A stretch of DNA of 64,000 bases from Camelus dromedarius (taxonomy: Eukaryota): positions 52,206,001-52,270,000 of the forward strand of contig NC_087436.1 in NCBI RefSeq assembly GCF_036321535.1. The letters run 5' to 3'. The position numbers and the translations under genes were made by a program. Each line of letters begins with the position of its first letter. The first letter of the stretch is position 1. Under the pieces are notes generated by a model that made no database searches, was not told the DNA's origin, and saw only the letters and a program-made list of their open reading frames with translations. Shown here one piece after another: positions 50,901 through 64,000 of this stretch.

Positions 50901-52370
50901 AGTAGAAAACAAAGACAAATGAGAAAATCCATGAAACCAAAATCGGACTCTTGGAGAAGGTCCATAAAATTGATTAACCTTTAGCCAAACGAAGCAGGCA
51001 AGTAAAAAACCACATAAATCACCAATATCATAAATAAGAGAGGTGACATCACATGAGTATTACAGATATTTGGTGGAAAATTGGAAATCAAATGAACAAC
51101 TTTACATCAATATATTCTACAGTTTAGATAAAATGGATAAATTCCTTAAAAGACATAAAACTATTAAAACTACCAAGGTTTACTGTGAAACAAATATGGA
51201 ATACAAATATCCCCATGTCTACTTAATAATTTGAAATTTAAGTTAAAAACCTCCAAACCAAAGTGTCTTCAATGATGAATCCTACTAAACATTTAAGGAA
51301 AAAAAGAATACCAATTATACAAGTCTTCTTTCAGAAAACTGAAAAAGAAGTAATATTTTCTAATTCATTCTATGGAGTTCATAATTATCTTGATATCAAA
51401 ACCAGAAAATGCATTGCAAGAGAAGTAAAAAACAATGTACTTAAAGATGCAAAAAAATTTTAACAAAATGTTGGCAAATCAAATCAACAGTAAATAGCAA
51501 GGATAATACATTATAATCCAAGCAAAGTTTATCCCAGAAATACAAGTTTAGTTTAACATTTGAAAATCTATGCAATTCACCATAGTAACAGATAAACACA
51601 CACACTCACACACCCCCCCCAAACACATATCCACACACACACAAAATCATCTCAATTGATGCAGGAGAAGCAGTGCTAAAATTCAAAATCTCATCAAAAT
51701 AGAAATAGAAGAGAATTTTCTCAATCTGATAAAGGACATTTTAAGAAAAGTCTACATCTAACATCCTAATTAAGAGGGAAAGACTGCTGCTGAGTATTTC
51801 TTTCTAAGAATGTTTCTCTCATCACTCATCCAAAACATTGCCTTGGAGATTCTAGCCATCACGGCAAGTAAAAGAAATGAAAGACATTCATATTAGACAT
51901 GAAGAAACAAAGCTGTCTTTTGTCATGGAGTTCATAATCATGGAGGATTTACATTATTGGATTCTAAGACTTATTATACTGCCATAGTAATCAAGACAAT
52001 TTGCCACTGGTGTGAAGATAGGCAAATACATCACTGGAACAGAATAGAGTCCCGAAATAGACCCACAGGTATATGGTCAATTGAGTTTTACAAAGGTGCA
52101 AAGGCATTCTATGGGGAAAGTTAATCTTTTCAAAAAAATGATGCTGAGAAAATTGGATATCCGTAAACCAAAAAAGAAAAAAACTTTTCAATGCACAGCT
52201 AACATAATATATAAAAAGTAACTCAAAATAGATCATAAACTTAAATGTAAATCCACAAACTAAAATACATCTCATGGAAAACATACGGTAAAAATCTTTG
52301 TGACCTTTGTGATCTTATACTTCAATCATAATTCGTTTTATATTTAAAAAATTGGACTTCATCAAAATTA
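47910..52370 (+). mobile_element. Old L1 (L1MC/MD-like) spanning 5' region, ORF1 and ORF2 with deletions
   Basis: ORF pieces IIRDFYSPLPIIDRMSREKISKD...TEYAFF (EN), QINNLSFHLKK...PKVSRRKEILKIR, FSNSFY; many stops and frameshifts. Confidence 0.95.
48832..49480 (+). mobile_element. MER82 (Tigger-family MITE) nested in L1
   Basis: Termini cagttgat... / ...gattgactg+ta; internal gagagctgaaacaagaaggcagag, tcatgcctgaac. Confidence 0.85.
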
Positions 52371-54879
52371 TTCATGTGCTGCAGATTGGTTGCCTAAGGC
52401 ATCCGATGCAAGGTCACTACTGAGAGGATTGGAAACCAGATCTCTCTGGCTCCACAGCACAGGCTTGTTCCACTGCCCCCAGCCCACCTCAGGAATCAGG
52501 TGCTTTCATGGCAAGGTGTTTTGGTGTCCCCTTTCCTGAACATCTTCTGCAGTCCAGTGAGACTTCTGTCCTTCTTAAAATCCATGTAATAAATATGAAC
52601 GCAATAAATGCACTGCCAGGTTGCCACCTTTGCCCAGTGAAAATAGGTCCTTCCTGTTTTTTTTTCCAAGGGAACAAACTCAAGTGGTCTGTGTTTCTTA
52701 AGCCAGCAGAGGGGTTTTCCTGTTGGAGGTAAGAGCTCCATTCTGCCTGCAGGAAGAATGCAGCCACACTTCCAGATATTGACACCTGCTGGTCAAGAGC
52801 ATGAACATCCGAAATGGAACCCAAAACAGGAGCCTTCCCTGGAAAGGACAGTTAGAGGTCATCGCAATTTTTAAATTTCAGACCCTCATCAGTAAACATG
52901 TTTAAGCTTTTACCCACAACATATGTATATTTATATATCATGTACAAATATTAGTTTATACATTGTAAGACATATCAAAATGTATTTCAAATATAAAGAT
53001 AGAATAAATATTAATTTTTAAATAATCTCTCTTATTAATGGTGCCAAAGGCACTATTTTGAAAGCAATGTGAATGAATATCCTTCTCTATTAAAAAAAAA
53101 GTTTTGGTTTAACCCATTTTGATATAGGAAAGTGATTACTGGGTTTAGTTTATTTAAAATGTATTACAATAAATTTTACTGTATTTTGATAATTATTCCA
53201 ATGGCTTTCACGGGTAAAAATGTTACTGTTGGAAAAAACCATAAACGCAAATGGAAGTGATGAATGTCGGCTGTCCTTACTAAATCAAAAGCTTCCACTC
53301 AAAATTCTGTGGTTTTGCTTTGTTTCATTTTTGCAAAATTTTGTTGTTTACAAAAATTCTTGTAGTACATTTCTGTCTCCCAGATGTAAATCAGTTGTTC
53401 TTGCAAGTTAATTGGAGGAGGTGTTTCATTTAAAATCTTTTTAACAAATGGGTTCAAAACCTTTCAGAACTTCATTTGGAAGATTCTGTTAACAAGTTTT
53501 AAAAGAGTGTAGAGGGAGTTTTAATGTGACACTTTGTTTTCAGCAAAAGAAATAATAAGGGAAATAATTCCAAATATCCATTTCAAATGTTCTCTACATA
53601 GCTTGGTTTCCTTTCTTAAAACAGCTACTTTCTCATTTATTGTAAAAATGTCAACTTTACCTGTAAAGAACAGCTTACACAGGTTTGTTTTAGATTATCT
53701 GCATTATATCAACAGCCTCCCTGTGTCACAGAAGGGAAGCAAATTTGGAACACTATTTTTTTTTCCTTTCTAAAGACAAAAAATATGTTGTGTTGAACTG
53801 CTGCAACTCTACGTGCTTTGTCACTTGATAACAAGTAAACCTGTGGAAAAAAGAGTTTTCATAAGCATCGCATACCTCATTGCATCTATTGTGAAGATTG
53901 AAAGGTATCATTGAAAATGAACAAACTTAACTGGATGAATGAGATCGTGGCACTTTGTGCATTTTTGGCTTCATTTCATTCTTGCAATGGCTTGTCCACG
54001 AATGATACAGTGACTGAATTACAGTTGTTTGGCTATTTCTTTGACCTTCTTGCAGAATTCTTTTTAGAATCCCAAAGTGGCTACTATTACCAGGGGTTAG
54101 TTTATACAGTATTTTTTTTTGATCCATAAATTATGATGATATAAAAATGTCACTTACTGTTGAGAAAATATTTTCTGGAGTACATCTGTCTTTAGTGGCT
54201 CACAAATTGTAGTTTTATGTGTATTCTGTCATTGGAAGAGAATCTAGCAAATACCATACTCTGAGAATAGTAGAAACATCAGTGGTGTGACTGAACTGTC
54301 TAACAACTGCTCAATTGGTTCTAATTCTTGTTTTTTTTTTTTTTAATCTTTATATTTCTCTGTATCTTTAATTAGCATTTACTAATAATGGGGTGAATAC
54401 TGATTTATCATCATATTGATTTATTTACATTGTTTTGGTCATTTTTGCCACAACAGAATATGAAGATTTTCATGCTTTGACAGTAAGCATGAAACCTCAA
54501 AAGATACATTTAAAGGTCTATCATTATGGTTAGTGGATATTTATAAATTACTAGATTGAGCATTGCATGATTTTAAATATTGCTAAAAACCTGTAAAGAT
54601 GTGTTTCATATGAGAGAAGTTTCTTACATTAGCATTTTCTTCAATCAACTGTTGCTTTGCAAGAATCTTTGTAAAGCACTCCTCTACTGTGTGAGGGTTA
54701 GCTGAGTTGAAGCTAGGCATGATGGGTAAATGCCCTTGCCTGAGCACAGGCTGCGGAACATGAGACAGCACCCCTGTCATCCTCACCCCGTAACACTGCT
54801 GATTTCTGAACTGTCCTCTGGACTGAGCGAGGGGGCTGTCACATGTGTGCTACTTGTTACTTTAGAAATAAAACTAAAC

Positions 54880-55205
54880 ACAAGTATCCCCTGCTTTTTG
54901 AAATTTTGCTTTACCCCACTTTTACAAAAGACCTGTATTTGTACTTGTTTTCGTTAACTGAAAGAAATTCGAAGAGAATTTTTGCTTTTAGGAAAAGATG
55001 CAAAAAAGCAAAAATAGCACTCAGTGTTGGTTTTGCAGGAGCCGTCCTAGAGGCAGCGAGAACAGTACCACACAGCTCCTTTCCCGGAAACTGCACTCAG
55101 CGTCTTAGCATCAGACTGCCCCAGCTTTGAACTATGACTGCGAGCATCTGTGCTTTATCTTAATTTATTTTGTGCCTTCGTTAGCAAGACATGTCCGAAG
55201 GCAAC
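54880..55205 (+). mobile_element. TcMar-Tigger-family MITE, 3'-truncated
   Basis: caagtatcccctgcttttt...aaagaaattcgaagag...gagcatctgtgctttatc...cgttagcaaga resembles a recalled Tigger MITE; subfamily not assigned. Confidence 0.65.
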
Positions 55206-56799
55206 TGCATCTTTACTTAGGCTAATGAGACTTACCTCGTTTTCACAAGAGTGCCCTACTTCCATTATTTGAGGAAGCCTGTTTAAATATTAAAGTCCTA
55301 ATCTTTTCTTTTTATACTTCAAACATCATTCTGTGTACTGCACCACTGTGTGTATATCTCTTTTGCGACCTTTCTTACAGAGCAATCGGTGTGTGAATAA
55401 GACCAGAGTAAAAAGCCAGGATTTCTGGCCTTCGGAATGAGTGAATGCAGCTTAAGTGTTGAAGTACAGAGAAATATTGCAGTCTGACAAGCAAGAAAAA
55501 TGTTGAGACAACGAAGGGTGAATTGTGTATCTGTAGTAAACAATGAATTATAAAGACTTCTAGAAGCTACCTGGGTTTCACTTATCTTCATGAGATAACT
55601 GAGTTGAAACTTTTCATATTTAGAGAATTTATTTTCATATTTAGAGAAAAAGTTGGAAAATTGATGAGCTGTACTACCTGTACTGGGAAAAATCATTTAA
55701 TGAAAGAATCTTTATTTGCACACCAATAATTAAAAAGCAGTGCTGCTTTAAAATGTCAAACTACTCCTCCTAAAAGAATATTAACGTTGCTTGGATAAGA
55801 GTCTAATAAAAATTTTAAAAATAATGAAATGATTTGGGAGAAGGAACAATCTCCTGTTTTACATCTACTGAAAGGCTGAGATCTTTGAGGAATTTCATCA
55901 AATACAATATTGAGCTTCCTCTCACTAACTGCAGTTTGTATAGCGGAAGGTCAATACAATTTAAAAATGACAGACATAACAAATATCTCATGAAATGAAG
56001 GACTCTGTAAACAAAGATACACCTCATGTGCCTCAATTGCTTCTCAATGAATTATAGTTTGATCTGATTAATATTAAGTTATATTTGTTTAAAATAGAGA
56101 GAGCCTTCAAAGAAAAAGAGAGAAACTCAGTATAGTAGCCTTCTTTAGCTTGGATTTATAATAAATCCATTACACTTTGGGTCAAATAATCCAAGGCAGC
56201 TGTAGGCCACCCTCTTCCTTCATGAAGTTAACTTGTGAACTAGGATATTGTGGTGGGATAGAGACCAAGAATTTGTATTCTAACATGACTGCATTCCAAG
56301 ACTCTAAATAAACACACTTTAATTTTCTTAATACCAATCTTTAAGCATGCTTTTAAAAGAGTAGTTTTTTAAAACTACAGGAGACTGTTTTGTCAAAAAC
56401 ACAGTGGCAGACAAATTCCTTTTCTCTTCCTGATTCAGACTCCTGTGACGCCAGCGTTCCATGCTTGCAATGCCGTTCCCCACGCCCATCATGATCCATG
56501 TCACCTGTGGATGGGTCTCAGCCACTCTGTGACTCTAGCCCATTACTGAGCACATTTTCTTGCTTTTACTTTATTTTTGTTTATCTAGTTGGGTGTCATG
56601 CACTCTGGAAAAAATACGCAAACAAAATGTTTTCCTGTAAGTTGATTTGCTGCAATGGTGAATGGTTGAATTAAAATAGTTCAAAGACACTAAAAAATTG
56701 GTGTGGGAGACTGACCCACAAAGCTGTAAGGTGGGAATGCTCTTCTGTGCCATCCAAATTCCTGATTCGTGAAGGAAGGATCTTCCCCCAGCTGCTGTG

Positions 56800-57092
56800 A
56801 ATGTTACTGGCACCTCTCAACTGTGTGTTAGCCCTCTTTGGGCATTGCCTCCCTGCAGAGATCCTGAATCTAAACCCTCCTTCCTAGGTAGTGCGCATCC
56901 ACTATCTTGTCGATGTGCAAGTTCAAAGTCTTGCTGTCTGAGGTCTTCTTGTGACTGCATCATCGCCCAACTCTCCTGCCTCCTTCCTTCTTCTGATCAT
57001 GTTGATTCCAAGAGTTCTAGCCAATAGCTTTCCTGTGCACTAATCTCCATCTTGGAATCTGCTTCCCAGGGGCCTGACCTGTTCGTGTGACA
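56800..57092 (+). mobile_element. LTR16-like ERVL LTR
   Basis: 3' end tcctgtgcactaatctccatcttggaatctgcttcccaggggcctgacct. Confidence 0.6.
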
Positions 57093-57109
57093 CACCACTT
57101 GTCCTTAAG

Positions 57110-57360
57110 TACAAAGTAGTGCAGTAAAACGAGCACTGAACTTAGTTTTCTTAACACCCCAGGTTTACATCTCAGTTCTGCTGTGAACTGGTGGTATGAT
57201 CTTGTGCAATTTATTTCATATTTCTGATTATTTATGTCCTTATTGGTAAAATGGGAGTGACTATATTAACAGCAAACCACTATGAAAGTAAATATGAAAA
57301 CAAATGTATAATTTCCCAGAGAAATGCCTAGTAAAGAATAAGTGCTCCCAGAATGTTGGA
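57110..57360 (+). mobile_element. MIR
   Basis: gagcactgaact...tgatcttgtgcaatttattt...gtaaaatggga...taagtgctc. Confidence 0.7.
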
Positions 57361-57589
57361 TAAATTGTACAGAAGACATGAATGTTTTCTGAGAATTGGG
57401 GTTCTGTATATATGCTCAAATGTCAGGAGGGGAGGAGGTTGCCCAGAAGTTCTGTACTGTCTTATCAAGACATTACATCACATTTTATGGTGAAGCATGT
57501 TATTAGGCTTCGTGGAAAAAGGAAAGGCTGGGCAGAGGATCAGGGACAGTTTCCCCTGTGGCACTGATAGTCAGATGATTCCAGAGTAT

Positions 57590-57720
57590 TGGCATTTGTA
57601 CAAGATTATGTATTTATTAAAGGCCAGGAACCTATCTTCTCCCTTTTTTTCTATTTAGCATTTAGCAAAGTGGCATGAAAACAGTAGCTGCTCAATAAAT
57701 GTTTCTTAAATAGTGAATTA
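57590..57720 (+). mobile_element. L2 3' end
   Basis: ggccaggaacctatc...cagtagctgctcaataaatgtt. Confidence 0.6.
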
Positions 57721-58153
57721 CATTTCTTCCTACAGAGTCAAAGAACTTCATAGGGAGAACACAGAAACCTGCATGCTCCATTTCTCATTTTTTTCCCCAG
57801 AAAGAATACAAATCCTTGAACTTGTTCTAGGGAAGAAGATATGAATATATATTATGAGTATTTTGCATAGTTCATAACTATGATAAATGATGCTATTGGA
57901 AAATGTGTTATGAGAAAAGTCTTCAAGAAACATAACTTCAATGTACTTAGAAACATCTTGATAGGAAACACGTTAGTGACCCTTCTTTATCATCTTAAGG
58001 TGATAGCAAAGATAATTGCAAATAAAAGAGTCAAAGTTTAGCCCCACTGTTTCTTGTTTTTTTGTAGTTTATAAGCTAATTCCCCATCTTCTTTTCCTCT
58101 TCCTCAAATAACCCATTCTGAGTAAATACTCTGATATTTTATGACATCTGATT

Positions 58154-58196
58154 GTGTGTGTATATGCGTGTGTGTGTGTTTGTGTGTGTGTGTGTA
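58154..58196. repeat. Imperfect (TG)n microsatellite
   Basis: Direct reading. Confidence 0.9.
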
Positions 58197-58309
58197 GGTG
58201 GCAAGGATTTCCTGCAGAAGCACATTCATTTTTTTAATATCTTATTTTTTCCTTAAATAGAATGTAGATATGATTTTTGTTGGTGCACTCCTGGTTCTTG
58301 GGGACAAAA

Positions 58310-58530
58310 CATAGTAGAATGGTGAGAACTTGACTTTTCAAGTCAGAAGGACCTGGGTCTCTTTGCCTCTGATTTATGAATCAAAAAACCAGAAACAGAC
58401 TATTTAATCCCTACAGCCTCACTTCCCTTATCTGTGTAAAAGAGGTAAAGCCTCACAGAGTTGCGGTAAAATTAAATGAGTTTGTGCATTGGAACCACTT
58501 AGCACAAATAGATAACCCTTGTGCTTATAT
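58310..58530 (+). mobile_element. MIR
   Basis: agtcagaaggacctggg...gcctcacttccctta tctg...aaattaaatgag...cacttagcaca. Confidence 0.75.
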
Positions 58531-58894
58531 AATCACCTTAAAATTCCACAGAGCCCTCTCATTTTGAGTCAATGGCAGTGTTTGTACAAAGAGCCATTCT
58601 TCTTCCAGAACCAAAGAGAAATATCTTTGGTTGTATCAACAGTCACAAAATCATTTTTCAGAGATTTTTCTCTAGCACTCATCTTTGTATCTATTCTTGA
58701 CAGTTCGTCCAGACTCCACTCCCATATTGCAATCCTTAAACCCAGCCCCAGAGACGCTAAAATCCCTGTCATAATTGCTCAGCACCTTGACTGGTGGAAA
58801 GCTCTTCTCTGCACTTCAGTGCTCAGGTCTACTGACCGATGTTACTGGGGTTGGCTCCAAGCACATTTAGTAAAACAAGAGTCAATAGAAATAG

Positions 58895-59130
58895 TCACCA
58901 TTTATTTATAACTTCATATGTGCTAATCTCATAATTTTATTCAATATTCCTCAACAATCTTATGATACAGGTTTGGTGTTTTTTTTTTTTTTTTTATCTA
59001 ATTTTACTTATAAAACTGTGGTTGAGTGAGTTAGGTGCCCAAAGTCACATAACACGCAACGTGTTCAGGTCAAAGTCAGCTGTCAAACCTGGATCTCACC
59101 AACACTGAAGCCACAGCAATTCACACTGGG
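58895..59130 (-). mobile_element. MIR
   Basis: ccatttattt...caacaatcttatga...gcccaaagtcacat...caaacctggatct. Confidence 0.7.
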
Positions 59131-61514
59131 CCAGTCGGTTTCTTTGTGCTCTTTTGTGGCCTCCTTCTTGCTGATGGTGAATAAGATACTGAAACTCATG
59201 TGCCTCTGTGTCCTCATTTTTAAATGATTATAAAGGGCCAAGTGCTCTAGCTTACAGACTCTGGTGGAAGTCAGTGTAGGTGGAAATCTCTCATAGGCGA
59301 TACGGTAGGAACTCTTACCCTAAAACCTGTTAATGCAAAGAGAGGCGAGAAATGGTTTTCAAATGTCCATTTTATATATTTGGTGATATTGCATATGGTT
59401 AATAACAGATCTGAGAAATGTGTTGTTTTACTCTCCTGTTCATCATTGCCATCTTATTCTAAGCACTTTGATAGAAAAAGGCAGGTTAATAATTGCTGGC
59501 CAATTTGCTGGCTCTTAAAACAGGTGGCTGCATAATATATTCATGTGGTCTCAGAAAAGGGCCAGCTCCCTGTCAAAACCAGTAGGCTCACTTTTCCTCA
59601 AGTAATAATGGAAATGAATGTGATCAGTCAAATTGATACCAAGTGCAGAGAGGCCTGGCGATTTTCTTTGTTTGGAAAAAGTGCGACTGTGTGCAGAGCT
59701 ATAAAGCACACGCAGTGCAACGTGAAGCGGGGATGCTGTCATCTCAACTCCTGTTTATGAGCTCTGTGTTTTCAACAGCTGAATAAACTCCAAAATCTTA
59801 CTTTCCCCACCAGGTTTTCATTAAAGCTATTACACCCTATTTTTACTGTATTTTTCTAAGCCACGGAGGCTTTTGTTTACCTGTAGGGAACACAAAGAAG
59901 AGCAGAAGGAGGAATAAATACGTTGCAGTAATCATGATTTCTGAAAGAGGCACTGTGTTCCATCACAGTCCCAGGGCCAGCCTGGCGAGGGTATCAGCCA
60001 AGTCATGAGAGGCGAGGATTAGGATGGGCCATACTATCTGCGACAGCCTGCCAAGGAGAGAATCAGAATTTAGACCAAAAATCTCTTTAGGCAGAGCTGA
60101 GAAACGAATCCCAGTGAGACCAATTATGGCACCAAGTCTCAGCTGCCAGAGGTGGGATCAGACACAGACATGGAGCCAAGAGTTGAGGGTCAAATGGGGA
60201 TGGACTGGGATTAAAGATAGGTCAGAAGCATACGGTCCAGGGCAATTTTCAAGAATACCCTTGGAACATGCATACATATCTACATGCCTCAGTCTGCGCG
60301 TGGCATATGAGATGTCAGTCTGGCTGAAAGGATATCAGAATGCATAAATCGTTCATTTTTCTCCAGACTAGCTGTATACGAGCAGCTGCTTGTAAAATGT
60401 AGCTGAAAAAACATGTGGCCTGAGGTGTCATCTTTCTTTAAGAATCCTTCCAGCACAACGCATCCTCTTCCCTCAAGTTCTTACTGCACAGTGTTAGATA
60501 CACCACGGTTACTAGAAAAGCACCCCCTGAGGGACTAAAATGCATCTTCTGGTTAAGTAAAGCCCCTTGAAATAGATTTAGCAGCAAAAAGATATGGATT
60601 TTATTAAGCCATAGTTAGAATATTTAACCCTCAAAGATTAGCTTATAAGAGTAAGTCACTGGAGAGGGTCCAGAAGAACTGACTGATTGCAATGCACCTT
60701 CTAAATTCCCAGTCTGCACCTAATGCTGTTACTATAGTTGTTAGGAAGACTGAAAATCAAGTAAACTTGGTTCTGTCAATCTACCACACATTTGCCCTCA
60801 TGTATTGTCAAGGTTGATTATTTAATGTGGAAAGCACCCTTGGAGGGAGAAATTATAAATAAGATAAATCATGAATGTAAAAAATAAATCACTTGAACTA
60901 TATAACCCAAGTGGTTTATTGGTAAATAGAAAGTAAACTTTGAGCAAGTACTCTTCGAAGAAAAACAAACAGGCCTAAAGGGTAGTTTTTGAGCCTCATA
61001 ACACTCTAAATTTGTGAAGGAATGGGTAATTATTCCAATTCATTATATTTTGTATCTGTGGCCTTTAATTACCGGTAATGCTTCACTGAACACGGAGTTT
61101 TTCTCTTATGCCTTTCCATTCGTCTGAAAACACTGACTTGTCCCACTCTAGGCTACAGAAACTAAAAAGTCAACATGCTGACAAGATGCTTTTTAGTGAT
61201 GACTCTGGGTAGTCTGAATTCTATCTTTTATTCTGTTTGGCTTTCTCCAATTCTTTTCAATGGGAAAACATTACTGTTACAACCAGAACAAAAGCAGATA
61301 CTGTAAAAACATTACTTTGCAAGGGAAATGAGAAATAATTTAGAGTCTAGGTTAAAGTATCAGTCAGATAATCTTTCTTAGGCTGTGATAACAACTTCAA
61401 AATCTCAGTGGCTTAACGAAAAGAAGTTGTTTTTTCCTCATGTAAAGGGAACCAACTAACTCTGTGGTATCACTATTATTCACATGTTTAATTGATCAGC
61501 TTGCTTTAATCTAC

Positions 61515-61524
61515 TTCTTTCTTT

Positions 61525-61596
<72 letters not shown>

Positions 61597-61636
61597 TTCT
61601 TTTTTTCTTTCTTTCTTTTCTTTTTTTCTTTCTTTC
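61515..61636. repeat. (TTTC)n tetranucleotide/polypyrimidine tract
   Basis: Direct reading; abuts antisense L1 tail. Confidence 0.97.
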
Positions 61637-61700
61637 AATTGATACATAGTTGATTTACAATGGTATGTTAGTTTCTTGTGTACAGCATAGCAATTCAGTA
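61637..61700 (-). mobile_element. Very short young L1 3' tail
   Basis: aattgatacatagttgatttacaatg...gtacagcatagcaattcagt. Confidence 0.8.
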
Positions 61701-64000
61701 ATCTTATAGCATCTTCATATACCAGCTGCTTCTACGATTGCCAAGATAGGGGAAAACCAGAGAATCATATTTTAAATAATTCTACCTGTAAATGCACATA
61801 TCACTTCTGCTAACATTTCATTGGCCAAAGCAGGGAGAAGGGGAAATACAATCCTCACAAGGGCTTAGAAGAAGAGAAAAACTGGAAATGGGGAGAGGTA
61901 CTAATTTCAACCTCGGACTGCTCTTCTCATCACCAAATGTTGGCTCCTTGTTTTTGCTGCATGTCAAATACACCCACCCTTTCCCAAAGGTGATTAATTC
62001 TAAGACCCTTCCAAAATATTATTGACCAGAAAATCCAGGTTCTTTTGGTGATGCATGATTGTCTCTCGATTAGATGTGACATGCAATATACTTTATATCA
62101 TGTCCAGATGTGGAAGCTCTTGATCTTCTGCTTCATATCGACATGCAGTGGTGGAACAGGGACAGTAATTACAGCAGAATTTTCATTCTGAGAGAGGAAG
62201 AGCAGGGGACCTACAGAAGTTCCTGGGCTGTAGTAACACAGACCATCCTGAGAATACATTTCAACAGCTGTCTATGCTGAGGACTTAAGACAATTCTGCT
62301 TTCTGGAAAGGGTTCCCCAATCCATTTTTTTGTCATCCCTGGCTGTGCCCTCTGAGAGTTTCTTTATTTTACCCTTCTTGACCATATCTATAAGGCCAGC
62401 CAGACAAATTGAAAATTTTTATACTCGGTTTTAAATACTTCACTGTCCAGGCAAGTCACATGTCTGCTCCCAAATTCTAGTGGTTGGAGATGTGCAATCT
62501 TTTCCTGTGTCTAAAAGATAATTGAAAATAGGAGTGTCAAGTACTCATATTCTACCACAGATGATGTCATCTTTTATTAGAGAGGATTTTTATTGAAATC
62601 TACAGCTCACAGGGGTGCAAGCAACCTGGAGTCACTTTAATCTGGTTTCTGAAACTGAGACTTTCTGGGCTATGTAGATGAGACGATTCATAAGGCTGTA
62701 GTCTTTTTGGAGGTTGGTTAATTAATTCTAGTTCACCCTTAATCCTCAGATACAACTCTTTGGTTTCCCAAACCAACATAGAGGATGTTTTCCAGGGCTC
62801 TTATCTTCGGTGGGTTCTTGACTTCAATTTTTATCTCCTTCACCATTTCAGCTGCTGAAAGCACTTCTCAGCTATCTCTCCAGAATCGACAAATGCAGAA
62901 GTAGCCCAGATGTTATGACACATCTCTGGAGTTCATCTTCTACCACATCTTGCTCTGGAAAATTTCCCATATGTTGGTAGTTTCCTAATGCTTTTAAGCC
63001 AATGCTTTTTAATATTTTTTCCCAAATTTTCTAGCTATTCTCAGTCAGAGATTGTTAGAAAACAGAAGTCACTTTGACCAACTCTTTGCTCCCCCGTTTT
63101 TTCTGTTTGATTGATGAGAGTCATTATTTGGATGCCTTGCTGTTAAAATGAGTGAACAGCTTTTAAATTTTTTTTCAAGAATATTAAATGAAGGCTATAA
63201 TGCACACTCTGTTAGAAGCTGGTTGTGATTTCTTAGGCACTATAATCTGAATATAGGTAGCTGTCACCTAGCAGATGGTGATGATCTTTAACATAGTGTA
63301 AGGCCATGACACATCTCTTTTCTTATGTTAAACCACGAGGACCAAGCAGATGTGGACATGGGGTGGGGAGACAGCAGTGAGAAAGCGATGCAAAATGAGA
63401 ATCTCTAAGTAAGGAATAAGTAAAGTTCTCAAGCTAAACCTGGGCTTAGAATTTTGTTAGTCGCAGTGGAGTTAGGGCTTTGAGATCAAAGAACTACCTA
63501 GGAGAAGAATGTCTTCCACCTCTGAGACTGAGGACAGATCTCACTGTCCTTGGGCATCCAAAGCTGCAAAGTGAATTGTCCAAATAAGCTTGGCCCTCTT
63601 AACAACTTCCTCCTTGAAACTGAGTTTTACTATAAATATTCCATAGAAGCTCCTCTCCCCTGCTGCCTCATCTTGCAGATCATGTTGCGTTTCACTGTTT
63701 TCCGTTCTTATTTTCTCCCTCCTCTCTTGAACTTGGTGCCTCATGAGCACGCGTGGCAGGCTGTCTCACACAGCACCGGGGCTTTGGCTCCTGCTGTGCC
63801 ATACCGACCCACTCATTACTACGTCTAGTCCTGGCCCCAGGCACTCAAGTTTGAGATGGATCCCTCTTTCTCTACGCTCATCCCAGAAGGAATATCAAGT
63901 ATAAGTCAGATCTCATCCATCCGAGCCCAAGTGGTGGGTAGACTGGGAACCTAGAAGACAACACTGAGCAACATGGCAGAGTTGGGTGTGAAATTAAAGT

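Larger units (their letters stand above)
61357..63110 (-). mobile_element. Old MLT1 LTR plus adjoining MaLR internal sequence, decayed
   Basis: gtatcagtcag...aaatctcagtggcttaa; atcacttctgctaacatttcattggccaaagca; int-like tccagatgtgg...gtggtggaacagggacag; right boundary uncertain. Confidence 0.55.

Noticed and set aside
50258..51463. Active L1 ORF2
   Set aside because: Short fragments with frameshifts and deletions
56151..56169. TGGATTTAT-a-ATAAATCCA palindrome
   Set aside because: 9-bp AT-rich arms can plausibly arise by chance in 64 kb
58519..58911. 130-aa ORF between two MIRs
   Set aside because: Non-ATG start, no recognisable protein, no convincing exon boundaries
61464..61649. Phe/Leu/Ser hydrophobic ORF
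   Set aside because: Translation of (TTTC)n
1..64000. CRISPR array, prokaryotic or viral operon, tRNA/rRNA genes
   Set aside because: Mammalian repeat landscape; no regularly spaced repeats, dense long ORFs or recognisable structural RNA genes

Overview
AT-rich, CpG-depleted mammalian genomic DNA, intronic or intergenic. A camelid-type cetartiodactyl (alpaca/camel) is likely: there are short young L1 3' tails of the type I recall from those genomes, and I see no Alu, B1/B2, Bov-A/tA, PRE1 or Can-SINE. This is inference, not a database hit. I recognise no host protein-coding exon, tRNA, rRNA or CRISPR array; the ORFs in the track that resemble any known protein are decayed transposon frames. 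A large share of the window is eutherian interspersed repeats: MIR, L2, old and young L1, MLT1/MLT2/LTR33/LTR16 LTRs, MER5A, MER53, MADE2, Charlie1, MER82 and a near-complete Tigger2 with a transposase pseudogene. Family names come from recalled consensus sequences, and most boundaries are approximate. The most noteworthy observations are five. (1) A MYB/CCAAT/SOX/TATA motif cluster at 6.25-6.5 kb, with a possible spliced minus-strand transcript ending at a palindromic bidirectional polyA signal. (2) A Tigger2 whose 5' TIR is joined at a TA to an inverted copy of the family's 3' end. (3) An unexplained 29-bp direct repeat (27/29 identical) 2.1 kb apart. (4) An unassigned LTR-like element carrying three adjacent palindromes. 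(5) Several candidate micro- or first exons. I found no convincing novel multi-gene system.
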